Source: an uncultured Gemmatimonadales bacterium (GTDB lineage Bacteria; Gemmatimonadota; Gemmatimonadetes; Gemmatimonadales; GWC2-71-9). Taken from it: a stretch of 64,000 nt of DNA. Of this stretch, positions 40,016 through 49,382 are shown piece after piece. Location: positions 2,240,001 to 2,304,000 of the forward strand of contig CAVZZO010000001.1 of assembly GCA_963779755.1 (NCBI GenBank). The letters are read 5' to 3'. The stretch's first letter is position 1. Each line of letters opens with the position of its first letter. Below the pieces are notes generated by a model. The model worked only from the letters and a program-made list of their open reading frames with translations. It was not told the DNA's origin and searched no databases. The position numbers and the translations under genes were made by a program.

Positions 40016-42045
40016 CCGCCCGTCGCGGCCGGAGCCGGGGCGCTCCACCCGTTATTGCCCGCGTTGAGGTCGGGGAACTGGCCGTCGGGGTTGACGGCGG
40101 CGGCCGTGACCGGCTTCGGCGTGGTGACCACCGCGGTGTAGGTATCTCCCTTGTACCAGACCTGCACCGGGTAGGTTTCCGTCCGGGTGCTGCCGTCGCT
40201 CAGGGTAAGCTGCAGTTCCACCGGCATCACCAGCTGCCCCAGGTTCTTGATAGTTACCCGGGCAACATTGGAGCTGTCCGGCTGCTGCCGGTTGCGCACG
40301 TCGGTTACCGCCTGATCCAGCGCGTCGGTGGTGTAGAACCAGCCGCGCCAGAACCAGGAGAGATCCCGACCGGAGACGTTCTCCATGGTGCGGAAGAAGT
40401 CGTCGGGCGTGGGGTGCCTGAAGGCCCAGCGGCGGATATAGGTCTGGAAGGCCGTGTCGAAGACGGAATCGCCCAGGATCTTGTTCCTGAGGAGCAGCAG
40501 GCCGATGCTGGGCTTGATGTAGGCCAGGCTGCCCAGATTGTTGTCGGTGACCAGCCGGTCGGGCGGCGTCATGATGGGCTGGGCGGTCGACTGCTGGTCC
40601 AGACGGAGGACGAAGTTCATCTCCGCCAGCCGCCGCCGGCTGTCATCCCGCTTGAAGTAGTCTTCCTCGCTGTACGTGTTGATGAAGGTGTTGAAGCCTT
40701 CGTCCATCCAGGGGTAGCGGCGCTCGTTGGAGCCCACGATCATGGGGAACCAGTTGTGCCCGATCTCGTGGGTGATCACCGCGTACAGCCCCTGCTTGGA
40801 GTTGTCGTTCGCCTCCATGGCCAGCATGGGGTACTCCATGCCGGAGACCGGCCCCTCGACCGCGCTGATCTGAGGATAGGGATAGCGGAACCACCGGGTG
40901 CTGTACTCCTGGATGGTGAACCGGCTCATGTCGGCGCCAAACTGCCAGTAGGTCTTGGCCGAGGGCCGGTAGTAGGCCTGCGCCAGCACCCCCTGCCAGG
41001 CCGAGGCATCCCAGAGATAGTCCGGCGCGGCGGCCCAAGCGACATCGCGCACGCTGTCGGCCTTGAAGCGCCAGGTCAGCATGCCGGTCGACTTCGGCCG
41101 GGCCGCGCCCGAGGTCAGGTCCGCTTCGGTGACGATGTGAATCGTGGTATCCGACTTCGCCGCCTGCGCCAGCCGGCGGCGCTGCTCGGACGTCAGGACT
41201 TCCTCCGGGTTCTGCAGCACCCCGCTCCCGGCCACGATGTAGCCGGCCGGCACGGTGACATTGTACTGGATGTCGCCGTACTCCAGGTAGAACTCGCCCT
41301 GGCCGATGTAGGGATCGGTGTTCCAGCCCCGCACGTCGTCGTAGACCTCAAGGCGGGGATACCACTGGGCCAGTTCGTAGAGGGAGCCGTCCCGGCCCAT
41401 CCGGTCGGCCCCGTGCTCCGGGATGGCAAAGTGATAGACCACCCGGATGGTGGTGGTCTGGCCCGGCGCCAGCGGGCTGGCCAGGTCCACCCGCATGCGG
41501 GTGTCGTTCACCACCGTGTGGAGCGGGCGGGGGGCGCCGGGGGTGGCTCGCGGCCGGTTGCGGCCCCCCGCCGGGGTGCCCGCCACCTGCTCGATGCTCT
41601 CGATCTTGAACCCGCCGTCGAAGCCCGCGCCGCCGAACCGGCTGTTCTGCGCGTTGAGCAAGGACCCGATGCTCCCGGGCTGGAACAGGTTCTGGTCCAT
41701 CTGGAACCAGAGGAATCCCAGCGAATCGGGCGAGTTGTTGGTGTAGCGGATGCTTTCTTCGCCCTTCAGGACCTTGGCCGCCGTGTCCAGGGTGGCCGAA
41801 ATGGTGTAATCCACCCGCTGCTGCCAGTAGCCCTGGCCCGGCGCGCCGTCGGGGCGCCGCTGCTCATCGGGGGCCGACATCGGCAGGGGACTGAAAATCC
41901 CGGTATCCTGCACCGGCCGCTGCAGCTCGACCGCCGCCGGCTTGGGCAGCGTGGGGGCCTTGGGCGTGGGCGGGGGAGCGGGTTGCTGGGCGGCCAGCGG
42001 GGCCGCAAGGAGGGCAAAAGCGAGCACGGACTTCAGAGTGCGCAT
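40009..42045 (-). CDS. M1 family metallopeptidase (secreted), paralog of 37073-39034
   Basis: Signal peptide MRTLKSVLAFALLAAPLAA-Q; GMEYP, HEIGH, WMDEGFNTF, AYIKP. Confidence 0.93.
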   Translation of the reverse strand: MRTLKSVLAFALLAAPLAAQQPAPPPTPKAPTLPKPAAVELQRPVQDTGIFSPLPMSAPDEQRRPDGAPGQGYWQQRVDYTISATLDTAAKVLKGEESIRYTNNSPDSLGFLWFQMDQNLFQPGSIGSLLNAQNSRFGGAGFDGGFKIESIEQVAGTPAGGRNRPRATPGAPRPLHTVVNDTRMRVDLASPLAPGQTTTIRVVYHFAIPEHGADRMGRDGSLYELAQWYPRLEVYDDVRGWNTDPYIGQGEFYLEYGDIQYNVTVPAGYIVAGSGVLQNPEEVLTSEQRRRLAQAAKSDTTIHIVTEADLTSGAARPKSTGMLTWRFKADSVRDVAWAAAPDYLWDASAWQGVLAQAYYRPSAKTYWQFGADMSRFTIQEYSTRWFRYPYPQISAVEGPVSGMEYPMLAMEANDNSKQGLYAVITHEIGHNWFPMIVGSNERRYPWMDEGFNTFINTYSEEDYFKRDDSRRRLAEMNFVLRLDQQSTAQPIMTPPDRLVTDNNLGSLAYIKPSIGLLLLRNKILGDSVFDTAFQTYIRRWAFRHPTPDDFFRTMENVSGRDLSWFWRGWFYTTDALDQAVTDVRNRQQPDSSNVARVTIKNLGQLVMPVELQLTLSDGSTRTETYPVQVWYKGDTYTAVVTTPKPVTAAAVNPDGQFPDLNAGNNGWSAPAPAATGGK

Positions 42046-42082
42046 GGATGGTTCCCGATGTTGGTGAGATCTGGACTGTAAG

Positions 42083-42150
42083 CGGCAGGACGGCAGCACG
42101 GCAAGACGGCAGGGCGGCAAGACGGCAAGACGGCAGGACGGCAAGACGGC
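42083..42150. repeat. CGGCARGA-like x8.5 octamer array
   Basis: Eight units plus CGGC, with about two more units near 42194-42210; reverse complement of the 29018 octamer. Confidence 0.93.
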
Positions 42151-42219
42151 CCTAAAGGACTTCCTCGCGGCTTTCTATTGGAGGCCGCTCGGTCGCAGGA
42201 CGGCAGGACGCCGCCCTGT

Positions 42220-42780
42220 TCACAGCCTCGGCAGCGTCACCCCCACCTGTTTCTGGTACTTTCCCTTCTTGTCGGCGTAGCTCACTTCGCAGATATCGTC
42301 GTCGTCGGCTTCGAAGAAGAGCACCTGGCAGATCCCTTCGTTGGCATAGACCCGGGCGGGCAGGGGGGTGGTATTGCTGATCTCCAGGGTGACGAACCCT
42401 TCCCACTCGGGCTCGAAGGGCGTGACGTTGGTGATGATGCCGCAGCGGGCGTAGGTGGACTTGCCCAGGCAGATGGTGAGCACGTTGCGGGGAATCCGGA
42501 AATACTCCACCGACCGCGCCAGGGCGAAGCTGTTGGGGGGAACGATACAGACGTCGCCGGTGAACTCGACGAAGCTGCGCGCGTCGAAATGCTTCGGGTC
42601 GACGATGGCCGAGAGCGCGTTGGTGAAGATGCGGAACTCGGGAGCCACCCGCATGTCGTACCCGTACGAGGAGAGGCCGTAGCTGATGGCGCCGGTCTTG
42701 ACCTGGCCGTCCACGAACGGGTCGATCATCCCGTGTTGGGTGGCCATGCGGCGGATCCAGCGGTCGGATTTGATGGACAT
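42220..42780 (-). CDS. dcd: dCTP deaminase
   Basis: [48 protein letters not shown]. Confidence 0.97.
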   Translation of the reverse strand: MSIKSDRWIRRMATQHGMIDPFVDGQVKTGAISYGLSSYGYDMRVAPEFRIFTNALSAIVDPKHFDARSFVEFTGDVCIVPPNSFALARSVEYFRIPRNVLTICLGKSTYARCGIITNVTPFEPEWEGFVTLEISNTTPLPARVYANEGICQVLFFEADDDDICEVSYADKKGKYQKQVGVTLPRL

Positions 42781-42819
42781 GGGGCGGCGTGAGGGCTGAG
42801 GACGGGTCAATATAACCCC

Positions 42820-42915
42820 GGGAGATGGGGGAACCGGGAAGGGGGAACGGGGGAATGGGCCCTCACCGGCAGGCACGATCGCCCCTTTCCCGATTCCCCT
42901 TTGCCCGTTCCCCGT
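42820..42915. repeat. Paired G-rich/C-rich degenerate heptamer arms in the dcd/nuoA divergent region
   Basis: GGGGAAC-like units at 42820-42859; CCCCTTT/CCCGATT/CCCGTT units at 42882-42915. Confidence 0.8.
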
Positions 42916-42924
42916 CCTGCCGGG

Positions 42925-42953
42925 TTGAAAGCCCTCCCTATCTCTTTTACCTT
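42925..42953 (+). promoter_or_regulatory. Putative sigma70 promoter of the nuo operon
   Basis: TTGAAA-17 bp-TACCTT. Confidence 0.6.
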
Positions 42954-42966
42954 CCAGCCGGGTGCC

Positions 42967-42984
42967 ACGTGAATTTTTTCACGA
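42967..42984. promoter_or_regulatory. Rex-type operator (redox-sensing repressor site)
   Basis: ACGTGAA-TTTT-TTCACGA; the core GTGAA-N4-TTCAC matches the Rex consensus TTGTGAANNNNTTCACAA; lies between the promoter and the nuoA RBS. Confidence 0.7.
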
Positions 42985-43002
42985 GGACGGAATACTAGCC
43001 GC

Positions 43003-43368
43003 ATGCTCAATGCCTATCTACCGATCGTTCTGGTGGCGGCGTTCGTCATACTGAATGCCGTCCTGATGATCGGAATCTCGTACCTCCTGTCGTCGTATCG
43101 CCCGACCCCGACCAAGAGCGCGCCGTACGAAAGCGGAATGCCCGTGCTGGGCAACGCCCGCGAACGGTTCTCGGTCAAGTTCTACCTGATCGCGATGCTC
43201 TTCATCATCTTCGACATCGAAACCGTTTTCCTCATTCCCTGGGGGGCGGCCTTCCGGCAGATGGTGCCGCTGCGGGGGGTGCTGCTGGTGGAGATGGGGG
43301 TGTTCGTGGCGATCCTGCTGGTGGGCTATGTCTACGTCTGGAAGAGGGGAGCGCTGCAATGGGAGTAA
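43003..43368 (+). CDS. nuoA: NADH-quinone oxidoreductase subunit A
   Basis: [27 protein letters not shown]. Confidence 0.96.
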   Translation: MLNAYLPIVLVAAFVILNAVLMIGISYLLSSYRPTPTKSAPYESGMPVLGNARERFSVKFYLIAMLFIIFDIETVFLIPWGAAFRQMVPLRGVLLVEMGVFVAILLVGYVYVWKRGALQWE

Positions 43369-43985
43369 CGCCGCAGGGGACGGACGCGCGGCGGTACCGG
43401 ACCGAGATTTCCGCGGTCTCGCCCAACTGGATCACCACCCGTCTCGATTTTCTCAGTAACTGGGCCCGCTCCAACTCGCTCTGGCCCATGCCGTTCGGGA
43501 CGGCCTGCTGCGCCATCGAATACATGGCCACGGCGGCCAGCCGCTTCGACCTGGCGCGCTTCGGGATGGAGCGGCAGAGCTTCTCGCCCCGCCAGGCCGA
43601 TGTGCTGATCTGCGCCGGCCGGCTGCCCTTCAAGCTGGCACCGGTCATCCGCAAGATCTGGGATCAGATGCCCCAGCCCAAGTGGTGCATCTCCATGGGC
43701 GCCTGCGCGTCCTCGGGCGGCATTTTCGACAATTACTCGATGGTGCAGGGGATCGACACCATCGTGCCCGTGGACGTCTATGTCCCGGGCTGCCCGCCCC
43801 GGCCCGAAGGGCTGATCTACGGCATCATGCTGCTGCAGAAGAAGATCCGGGGCGAGAGCTTCACCGATTCCTCGCTGCGGCAGGAGCACCTGGTGGGGGA
43901 ATCCGGGCTCTTTCTGCCCCCCCAGCGGATCGACGAGCTGTCGGAGCCCTTCGGCAACTCCGTCTCCCAGACCCGGTCCTCATGA
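43359..43985 (+). CDS. nuoB: NADH-quinone oxidoreductase subunit B
   Basis: [32 protein letters not shown]. Confidence 0.97.
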   Translation: MGVTPQGTDARRYRTEISAVSPNWITTRLDFLSNWARSNSLWPMPFGTACCAIEYMATAASRFDLARFGMERQSFSPRQADVLICAGRLPFKLAPVIRKIWDQMPQPKWCISMGACASSGGIFDNYSMVQGIDTIVPVDVYVPGCPPRPEGLIYGIMLLQKKIRGESFTDSSLRQEHLVGESGLFLPPQRIDELSEPFGNSVSQTRSS

Positions 43986-44599
43986 GCGCGCTTTCGCCCT
44001 CGGTGGCCGCCCTGCGGGAGCAGTTCGGTGACGCGGTCCGGCGGGCCACTGTCTCCTGCGGCGACACCATCGTGTTCATTGCCCGGGAGAGCGCGCCCGA
44101 GATCTTCCGCTGGCTGAAGGAGACGCCGCACCAGGAGTTCAACTATCTGGTGGATGTTACCGCGGTGGATTACCGCGATCCCGACCAGCCGCTGGAGGTG
44201 GTCTACCAGCTCCGTTCGCTGCACCGGCAGGCCGATCTGCGGGTGAAGATCGCGCTGGACAAGCGAGAGCCGCTGGAGGTCGCCTCGGTGGTCGAGCTCT
44301 GGCGCGGCGCCGACTGGCTGGAGCGCGAAGTCTACGACATGTTCGGCGTCCGCTTCCTGGGCCACCCGGACCTGCGCCGGATCCTGATGTGGGAGACCTA
44401 CGCCGAGGGCTATCCGCTGCGGAAGACCTTCCCGCTGCGGGGGCACTACAGCCGGGCGGAACAGACCCGGCAGGCCCTGGCCGCCAACCCGGAGGCGCAC
44501 TACTCGATGGAAGAGCTGAGCATCGCCGCTGCCTGGTCCGAGCTGCCGGACGAGATGAAAGCGCGGCTGGCCCGGGGCGAGCGGGGGCGGCTGCCATGA
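43982..44599 (+). CDS. nuoC: NADH-quinone oxidoreductase subunit C
   Basis: [37 protein letters not shown]. Confidence 0.95.
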   Translation: MSALSPSVAALREQFGDAVRRATVSCGDTIVFIARESAPEIFRWLKETPHQEFNYLVDVTAVDYRDPDQPLEVVYQLRSLHRQADLRVKIALDKREPLEVASVVELWRGADWLEREVYDMFGVRFLGHPDLRRILMWETYAEGYPLRKTFPLRGHYSRAEQTRQALAANPEAHYSMEELSIAAAWSELPDEMKARLARGERGRLP

Positions 44600-45879
44600 G
44601 CCCGACGAAGACAAAAACCGTGGAATACCAGCTGGGCAGCCGCGGTGTGGATGCTGCCGGCAACCCGATGACGGTGCCGCTCGGCGTCACCAGCGCGCCG
44701 CCCGACCACCTGGCGGGCGAGCACATGCTGATCAACATCGGGCCGCAGCATCCGGCCACCCACGGCGTGCTGCGGCTGGTGGTGGAACTGGAAGGCGAAG
44801 TGGTCCGGCGGGTCATCCCCCACGTGGGGTATCTCCACTCCGGCTTCGAGAAGCTGGGCGAATACCGGACCTTCAACCAGATCATCCCCCTCACCGACCG
44901 CACCGACTACCTGGCGCCCATGGCCAATAATGTGTGCCTGGCGCTGGCGGCCGAGAAGCTCATGGGGATCGAAATCACCGACCGCTGCCGGGTGCTCCGG
45001 GTGATTGCCTGCGAGATGAGCCGAATCATCTCGCACCTGGTCTGGCTCGGCACTACCGGGATCGATCTGGGCGCCTATACCCCGTTCCTGTGGACGTTCC
45101 AGGAGCGGGAGCGGATCTACAACCTGCAGGAGGCCTGGACCGGGGCCCGGCTCACCACCAGCATGACCCGGGTGGGCGGGCTCATGGCCGACGTGCCCGA
45201 CGGCTGGGAGGACGGGCTGCGGCACTTCTGCCGCACCTTCCCCAATACCCTGCGGGAAGTCGAGACCATGTTCAGCAACAACGCCATCTGGATCGGCCGG
45301 ACCCAGGGCGTAGGGGCCATGAGCGCCGACGAGGCGATCAACTATTCGCTCTCCGGCCCGATGCTGCGGGCCAGCGGCGTGGCGTTCGACATCCGCAAGG
45401 ACAAGCCCTACCTCGGCTACGAGACCTACGATTTCGACATCCCGGTGGGCGAGCACGGCGATATCTACGACCGCTACCGGGTGCGGCTGGAGGAGATGTA
45501 CCAGTCGGTCCGGATCCTGGAGCAGGCGCTGGACCGGCTTCGCCCGGGGCCCATCAACGTCGCAGACCCGCGCGTGATTCTCCCACCCAAGAGCCGGGCG
45601 ATGAGCGACATGGAGGCGATGATCTTCCATTTCAAGCAGGTGATGGAAGGGGTGCGGGCGCCGGTGGGCGAGGCCTACCTGGCGGTGGAGAACCCCAAGG
45701 GCGAGCTGGGCTACTACTTCGTGGCCGACGGCACCGCCAAGCCGGTGCGCTGGCGCATCCGCCCGCCCGCCTTCATCAACCTGGCCGCGCTGCCCAAGAT
45801 GTGCGAGGGCGCGCTGCTGGCCGACGTCATCGCCATCAACGCCAGCGTGGACATCGTCATGGGGGAGGTAGACCGATGA
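44596..45879 (+). CDS. nuoD: NADH-quinone oxidoreductase subunit D
   Basis: NIGPQHPATHGVLR, GYLHSGFEK, ENPKGELG, DIVMGEVDR. Confidence 0.97.
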   Translation: MSPTKTKTVEYQLGSRGVDAAGNPMTVPLGVTSAPPDHLAGEHMLINIGPQHPATHGVLRLVVELEGEVVRRVIPHVGYLHSGFEKLGEYRTFNQIIPLTDRTDYLAPMANNVCLALAAEKLMGIEITDRCRVLRVIACEMSRIISHLVWLGTTGIDLGAYTPFLWTFQERERIYNLQEAWTGARLTTSMTRVGGLMADVPDGWEDGLRHFCRTFPNTLREVETMFSNNAIWIGRTQGVGAMSADEAINYSLSGPMLRASGVAFDIRKDKPYLGYETYDFDIPVGEHGDIYDRYRVRLEEMYQSVRILEQALDRLRPGPINVADPRVILPPKSRAMSDMEAMIFHFKQVMEGVRAPVGEAYLAVENPKGELGYYFVADGTAKPVRWRIRPPAFINLAALPKMCEGALLADVIAINASVDIVMGEVDR

Positions 45880-46403
45880 GCCCGGGCTCGCATATCCCGG
45901 AGACGTCAACCGCCGCCGCGGAGGCCTACCAGCCGGTGTTCGTGGGTGACGGCCGCGACCGGCTCGAGCGGCTGGCGGAGAAGTACCCCACCCGCCAGGC
46001 GCTGCTGCTGCCCGCGCTGTGGATGGTGCAGGAGGCCCGCGGCTGGATCAGCGAGCAGGCCATCGCCGAGGTGGCCGACGTGCTGAGGCTGACACCCGCC
46101 CAGGTGAAGGGGGTGGTGACGTTCTACACCATGTACCACACCCACCCGGTGGGGAAGTACTTCATCCAGGTCTGCACCACCAGCCCCTGCAACCTCTGCG
46201 GGGCGGAATCGGTGGTGAAGGCGCTCCTCAAGGAAACCGGCTGCGGCGAGCTGGGGGCCACCAGCGCCGACGGCCGGTTCACCGTGATCGAGGTAGAGTG
46301 TCTCGGGGCCTGCGGCTTCGCGACGCCCATCATGATCAACGACGACTTCATCGAGAACGTCACCCCGGAGCGGGTGGCCGGCATCCTCCAGAGGTACCGG
46401 TAA
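45876..46403 (+). CDS. nuoE: NADH-quinone oxidoreductase subunit E
   Basis: VVTFYTMY, VCTTSPCNLCG, VECLGACG. Confidence 0.95.
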   Translation: MSPGSHIPETSTAAAEAYQPVFVGDGRDRLERLAEKYPTRQALLLPALWMVQEARGWISEQAIAEVADVLRLTPAQVKGVVTFYTMYHTHPVGKYFIQVCTTSPCNLCGAESVVKALLKETGCGELGATSADGRFTVIEVECLGACGFATPIMINDDFIENVTPERVAGILQRYR

Positions 46404-47710
46404 TGGGCTATCCCCATCCGAGCCACGAGAAGGAAACGGTTGTCCTCTCGAAGTATTTCGGCGATGCCGGGGCCCGCAGCTATGAGGGCTGGGTGGAGCG
46501 GGGGGGCTATAGCGCGCTGCGCAAGGCGCTGGGCATGCCCCGGGAGGCGGTCATCGAAGAGGTGAAGGGATCCGGCCTGCGGGGGCGCGGCGGCGCCGGC
46601 TTCCCCACCGGCCTCAAGTGGTCGTTCATGCCCAAGGACGACGGCAAGGCGCATTACCTGGTCTGCAACGCCGACGAATCGGAACCCGGCACCTTCAAGG
46701 ACCGGGAGATCATGCGCTGGACCCCCCACGGGCTGCTGGAGGGCTGCGCCATCGGCGCCTACGCCATCGGGGCCGAGCGTTGCTACGTCTATATCCGCGG
46801 CGAGTTCACCGAGCCCTGGCGCACCATGACCCAGGCGGTCGCCGAGGCCTACCAGGCCGGGGTGCTGGGCGGGAACGCGCTGGACAGCGGCACGCGGATC
46901 GACGTGGTGCTGCATCGCGGGGCGGGGGCCTACATCTGCGGCGAAGAAACCGCGATGCTCAACTCGCTCGAGGGCAAGCGCGGCAATCCGCGGATCAAGC
47001 CGCCCTTTCCGGCCCAGGCCGGCGCCTACGGTATGCCGACCACGGTGAACAACGTGGAGACGCTCGCCGCGGTGCCGCACATCATCAACCGCGGCGCCGA
47101 GTGGTACAAGAGCCTCTGCCTGAGCAACCCCAAGAGCACCGGCACCAAGCTCTTCTCCGTTTGCGGGCACGTGCAGCGGCCGGGGAACTACGAAGTCACC
47201 ATGGGCTTCCCGCTCGGCACCCTGCTGGAGGAGATGTGCGGGGGCGTGCCGCCGGGCCGGAAGCTCAAGGCGGTGATCCCGGGCGGCTCCTCCGTGCCGA
47301 TCCTGACCGCCGACGAGGCCATGGACACGCTGCTGGACTACGAGGGCGTGGTGGCGAAAGGCTCCATGCTCGGCTCGGGCGGGGTCATCGTGATGGACGA
47401 CTCGGCCGACATGGTGTATCAGATCTACCGGCTGGCCCGCTTCTACGCCCATGAATCCTGCGCCCAGTGCACCCAGTGCCGGGAAGGGACGGCATGGACC
47501 GTGAAGATCATGGAGCGGCTCCTGGCGGGGAAGGGAACCCCGCAGGACCTCCAGCTGCTGCTGGATCTGTCGGAGCAGATGACCGGCAAGACCATTTGTG
47601 TGCTGAGCGATTCCTGCGCCGCGCCGGTGGTAAGCGGAATCCAGAAATTCCGCAGCGAGTTCGAAGCATACGTCAGCGGAAAGCGGGATCCGGTCATGGC
47701 GGGGGTGTGA
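46403..47710 (+). CDS. nuoF: NADH-quinone oxidoreductase subunit F
   Basis: GLRGRGGAGFPTG, NADESEPGTFKDR, GAGAYICGEET, HESCAQCTQCREG. Confidence 0.97.
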   Translation: MGYPHPSHEKETVVLSKYFGDAGARSYEGWVERGGYSALRKALGMPREAVIEEVKGSGLRGRGGAGFPTGLKWSFMPKDDGKAHYLVCNADESEPGTFKDREIMRWTPHGLLEGCAIGAYAIGAERCYVYIRGEFTEPWRTMTQAVAEAYQAGVLGGNALDSGTRIDVVLHRGAGAYICGEETAMLNSLEGKRGNPRIKPPFPAQAGAYGMPTTVNNVETLAAVPHIINRGAEWYKSLCLSNPKSTGTKLFSVCGHVQRPGNYEVTMGFPLGTLLEEMCGGVPPGRKLKAVIPGGSSVPILTADEAMDTLLDYEGVVAKGSMLGSGGVIVMDDSADMVYQIYRLARFYAHESCAQCTQCREGTAWTVKIMERLLAGKGTPQDLQLLLDLSEQMTGKTICVLSDSCAAPVVSGIQKFRSEFEAYVSGKRDPVMAGV

Positions 47711-47715
47711 ACCAC

Positions 47716-47787
47716 GGGAACAGGGAAACGGGAAAAGGGAACAGGAGCCGGCGTCGGCCGCTTCCCGCTTCCCCTTTCCCTTTTCCC
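47716..47787. repeat. Paired heptamer arrays (GGGAAMM)4 and (NYTTCCC)4 between nuoF and nuoG
   Basis: GGGAACA GGGAAAC GGGAAAA GGGAACA ... GCTTCCC GCTTCCC CTTTCCC TTTTCCC. Confidence 0.92.
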
Positions 47788-47810
47788 GCAGTCACGGGCA
47801 AGGAGCAACG

Positions 47811-49382
47811 TTGAGCGCCGAGAACGTCACCGTCACCATCGACGGCCAGCAGCTGCAGGTCCCCAAGGGCACGCCCATCATCGAGGCCGCCAAACGGGCC
47901 GGGATCCTGGTGCCGCATTACTGCTACCATCCCTCCCTGCCGGCGCCGGCCGTCTGCCGCATGTGCCTGGTGGAGGTGGAGAAGGCGCCCAAGCTGATGC
48001 CCGCCTGCGTCACCGCAGTGGCCGACGGGCAGGTGGTGCACGTCAACAGCCCGGCCGCCAAGAAGGCCCGCGAGGGCGTGCTGGAGTTCCTGCTGATCAA
48101 CCACCCGCTCGACTGCCCCATCTGCGATCAGGCGGGCGAGTGCGAGCTGCAGGACTACACCTTCCAGGAAGGGCGCGCCGGCACCCGCTACCAGGACTAC
48201 GCCAAGCGGTACAATCCGGTGGAGGACTTCGGCCCCGATATCCTGTACGTGGCCAACCGGTGTATTCTCTGCACCCGCTGCGTCCGCTTCATGGAGGCGG
48301 TGGCGCACGAGCCGGTACTCAACGTCTCCGACCGGGGCGACCGCGCCCTGATCGGCATCGACCAGGGGCACCGGCTGGACCACGCCTGGTCGGGCAACGT
48401 GGTAGACCTGTGTCCGGTGGGCTCGCTCATCTCCAAGGACTTCCTGCACAAGGCCCGCGCCTGGGACCTGGACAAGACGGCCAGCATCTGCCCAGGCTGC
48501 AGCCAGGGCTGCAACATGATGATCGACACCCGCGATAACGCGGTGGTGCGGCTGCGTCCCCGTCCCAATCTGGACGTCAACCGCCACTTCATGTGCGACT
48601 ACGGCCGGATGAACTACCGCTGGATGAACCGGGGCGACCGGGTGGAAGCGCCGCTGCTGCGGCAGGAAGGCCGGCTGCAGGCGGTAGACTGGGATGTGGC
48701 CCTGGCCCGCTTTGCCGAACTGCTGGATGAGGCCGCCGGTGCCGTCGTGGTCCTGGCGTCGGGCCGGGCGGCCACCGAGAGCCTGGGCCTGCTGCAGCGG
48801 CTGCTGGAGGGACATAAGGTCACCGCGGCGGTCGAGCTGCCGCAGGGCGAGGAGGCGCCGCTGGCCGGCGTCCCCAACCTGGCCCTGCGCCGGGAGCGCG
48901 CCCCCAACGGCGAGGGCGCCCGCATACTGGGGTACGACGCCACCTGGGATGCGGCCCTCTCCGCGGCGGCGTCGGCGCCGCTGGTCATCCTGCTGGATGT
49001 GGACCTGCCGGAGGAGACCCTCGCCCGCTTCACCGGGACGGTCGTGGAGTTCGCGACCATCGAGACCGCCGCGCTGGAGCGCGCGGCGCTGGTCCTGCCG
49101 GTGCCCACCATGGCCGAGGAGCACGGGACCTACGTCAACCGGGACGGACGGGTGCAGCGGTTCGTGCAGGCGCGGGGCGCGCCCGGCATGAGCCGTCCGG
49201 CGTGGTGGGTCGCCGCCGGGACGCTGGCCCTGCGCGACCCCTCCTTCGAGGGCCCCGTCACGGCGGCGGAGGCCTTCGCGCTGGTGAGCGCGCGCGCCCC
49301 GGCCCTGGGCGGGCTGCGCTATGAAGACCTGGGCTTCACCGGCCGGGTGGCCGAGGGCGCGCGGGCGGGCGCGGCCTCATGA
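47811..49382 (+). CDS. nuoG: NADH-quinone oxidoreductase subunit G (short form)
   Basis: TTG start after AAGGAG; CYHP...CRMC, HPLDCPICDQAGECELQ, CILCTRC..CP, CPGCSQGC...C. Confidence 0.93.
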   Translation: MSAENVTVTIDGQQLQVPKGTPIIEAAKRAGILVPHYCYHPSLPAPAVCRMCLVEVEKAPKLMPACVTAVADGQVVHVNSPAAKKAREGVLEFLLINHPLDCPICDQAGECELQDYTFQEGRAGTRYQDYAKRYNPVEDFGPDILYVANRCILCTRCVRFMEAVAHEPVLNVSDRGDRALIGIDQGHRLDHAWSGNVVDLCPVGSLISKDFLHKARAWDLDKTASICPGCSQGCNMMIDTRDNAVVRLRPRPNLDVNRHFMCDYGRMNYRWMNRGDRVEAPLLRQEGRLQAVDWDVALARFAELLDEAAGAVVVLASGRAATESLGLLQRLLEGHKVTAAVELPQGEEAPLAGVPNLALRRERAPNGEGARILGYDATWDAALSAAASAPLVILLDVDLPEETLARFTGTVVEFATIETAALERAALVLPVPTMAEEHGTYVNRDGRVQRFVQARGAPGMSRPAWWVAAGTLALRDPSFEGPVTAAEAFALVSARAPALGGLRYEDLGFTGRVAEGARAGAAS

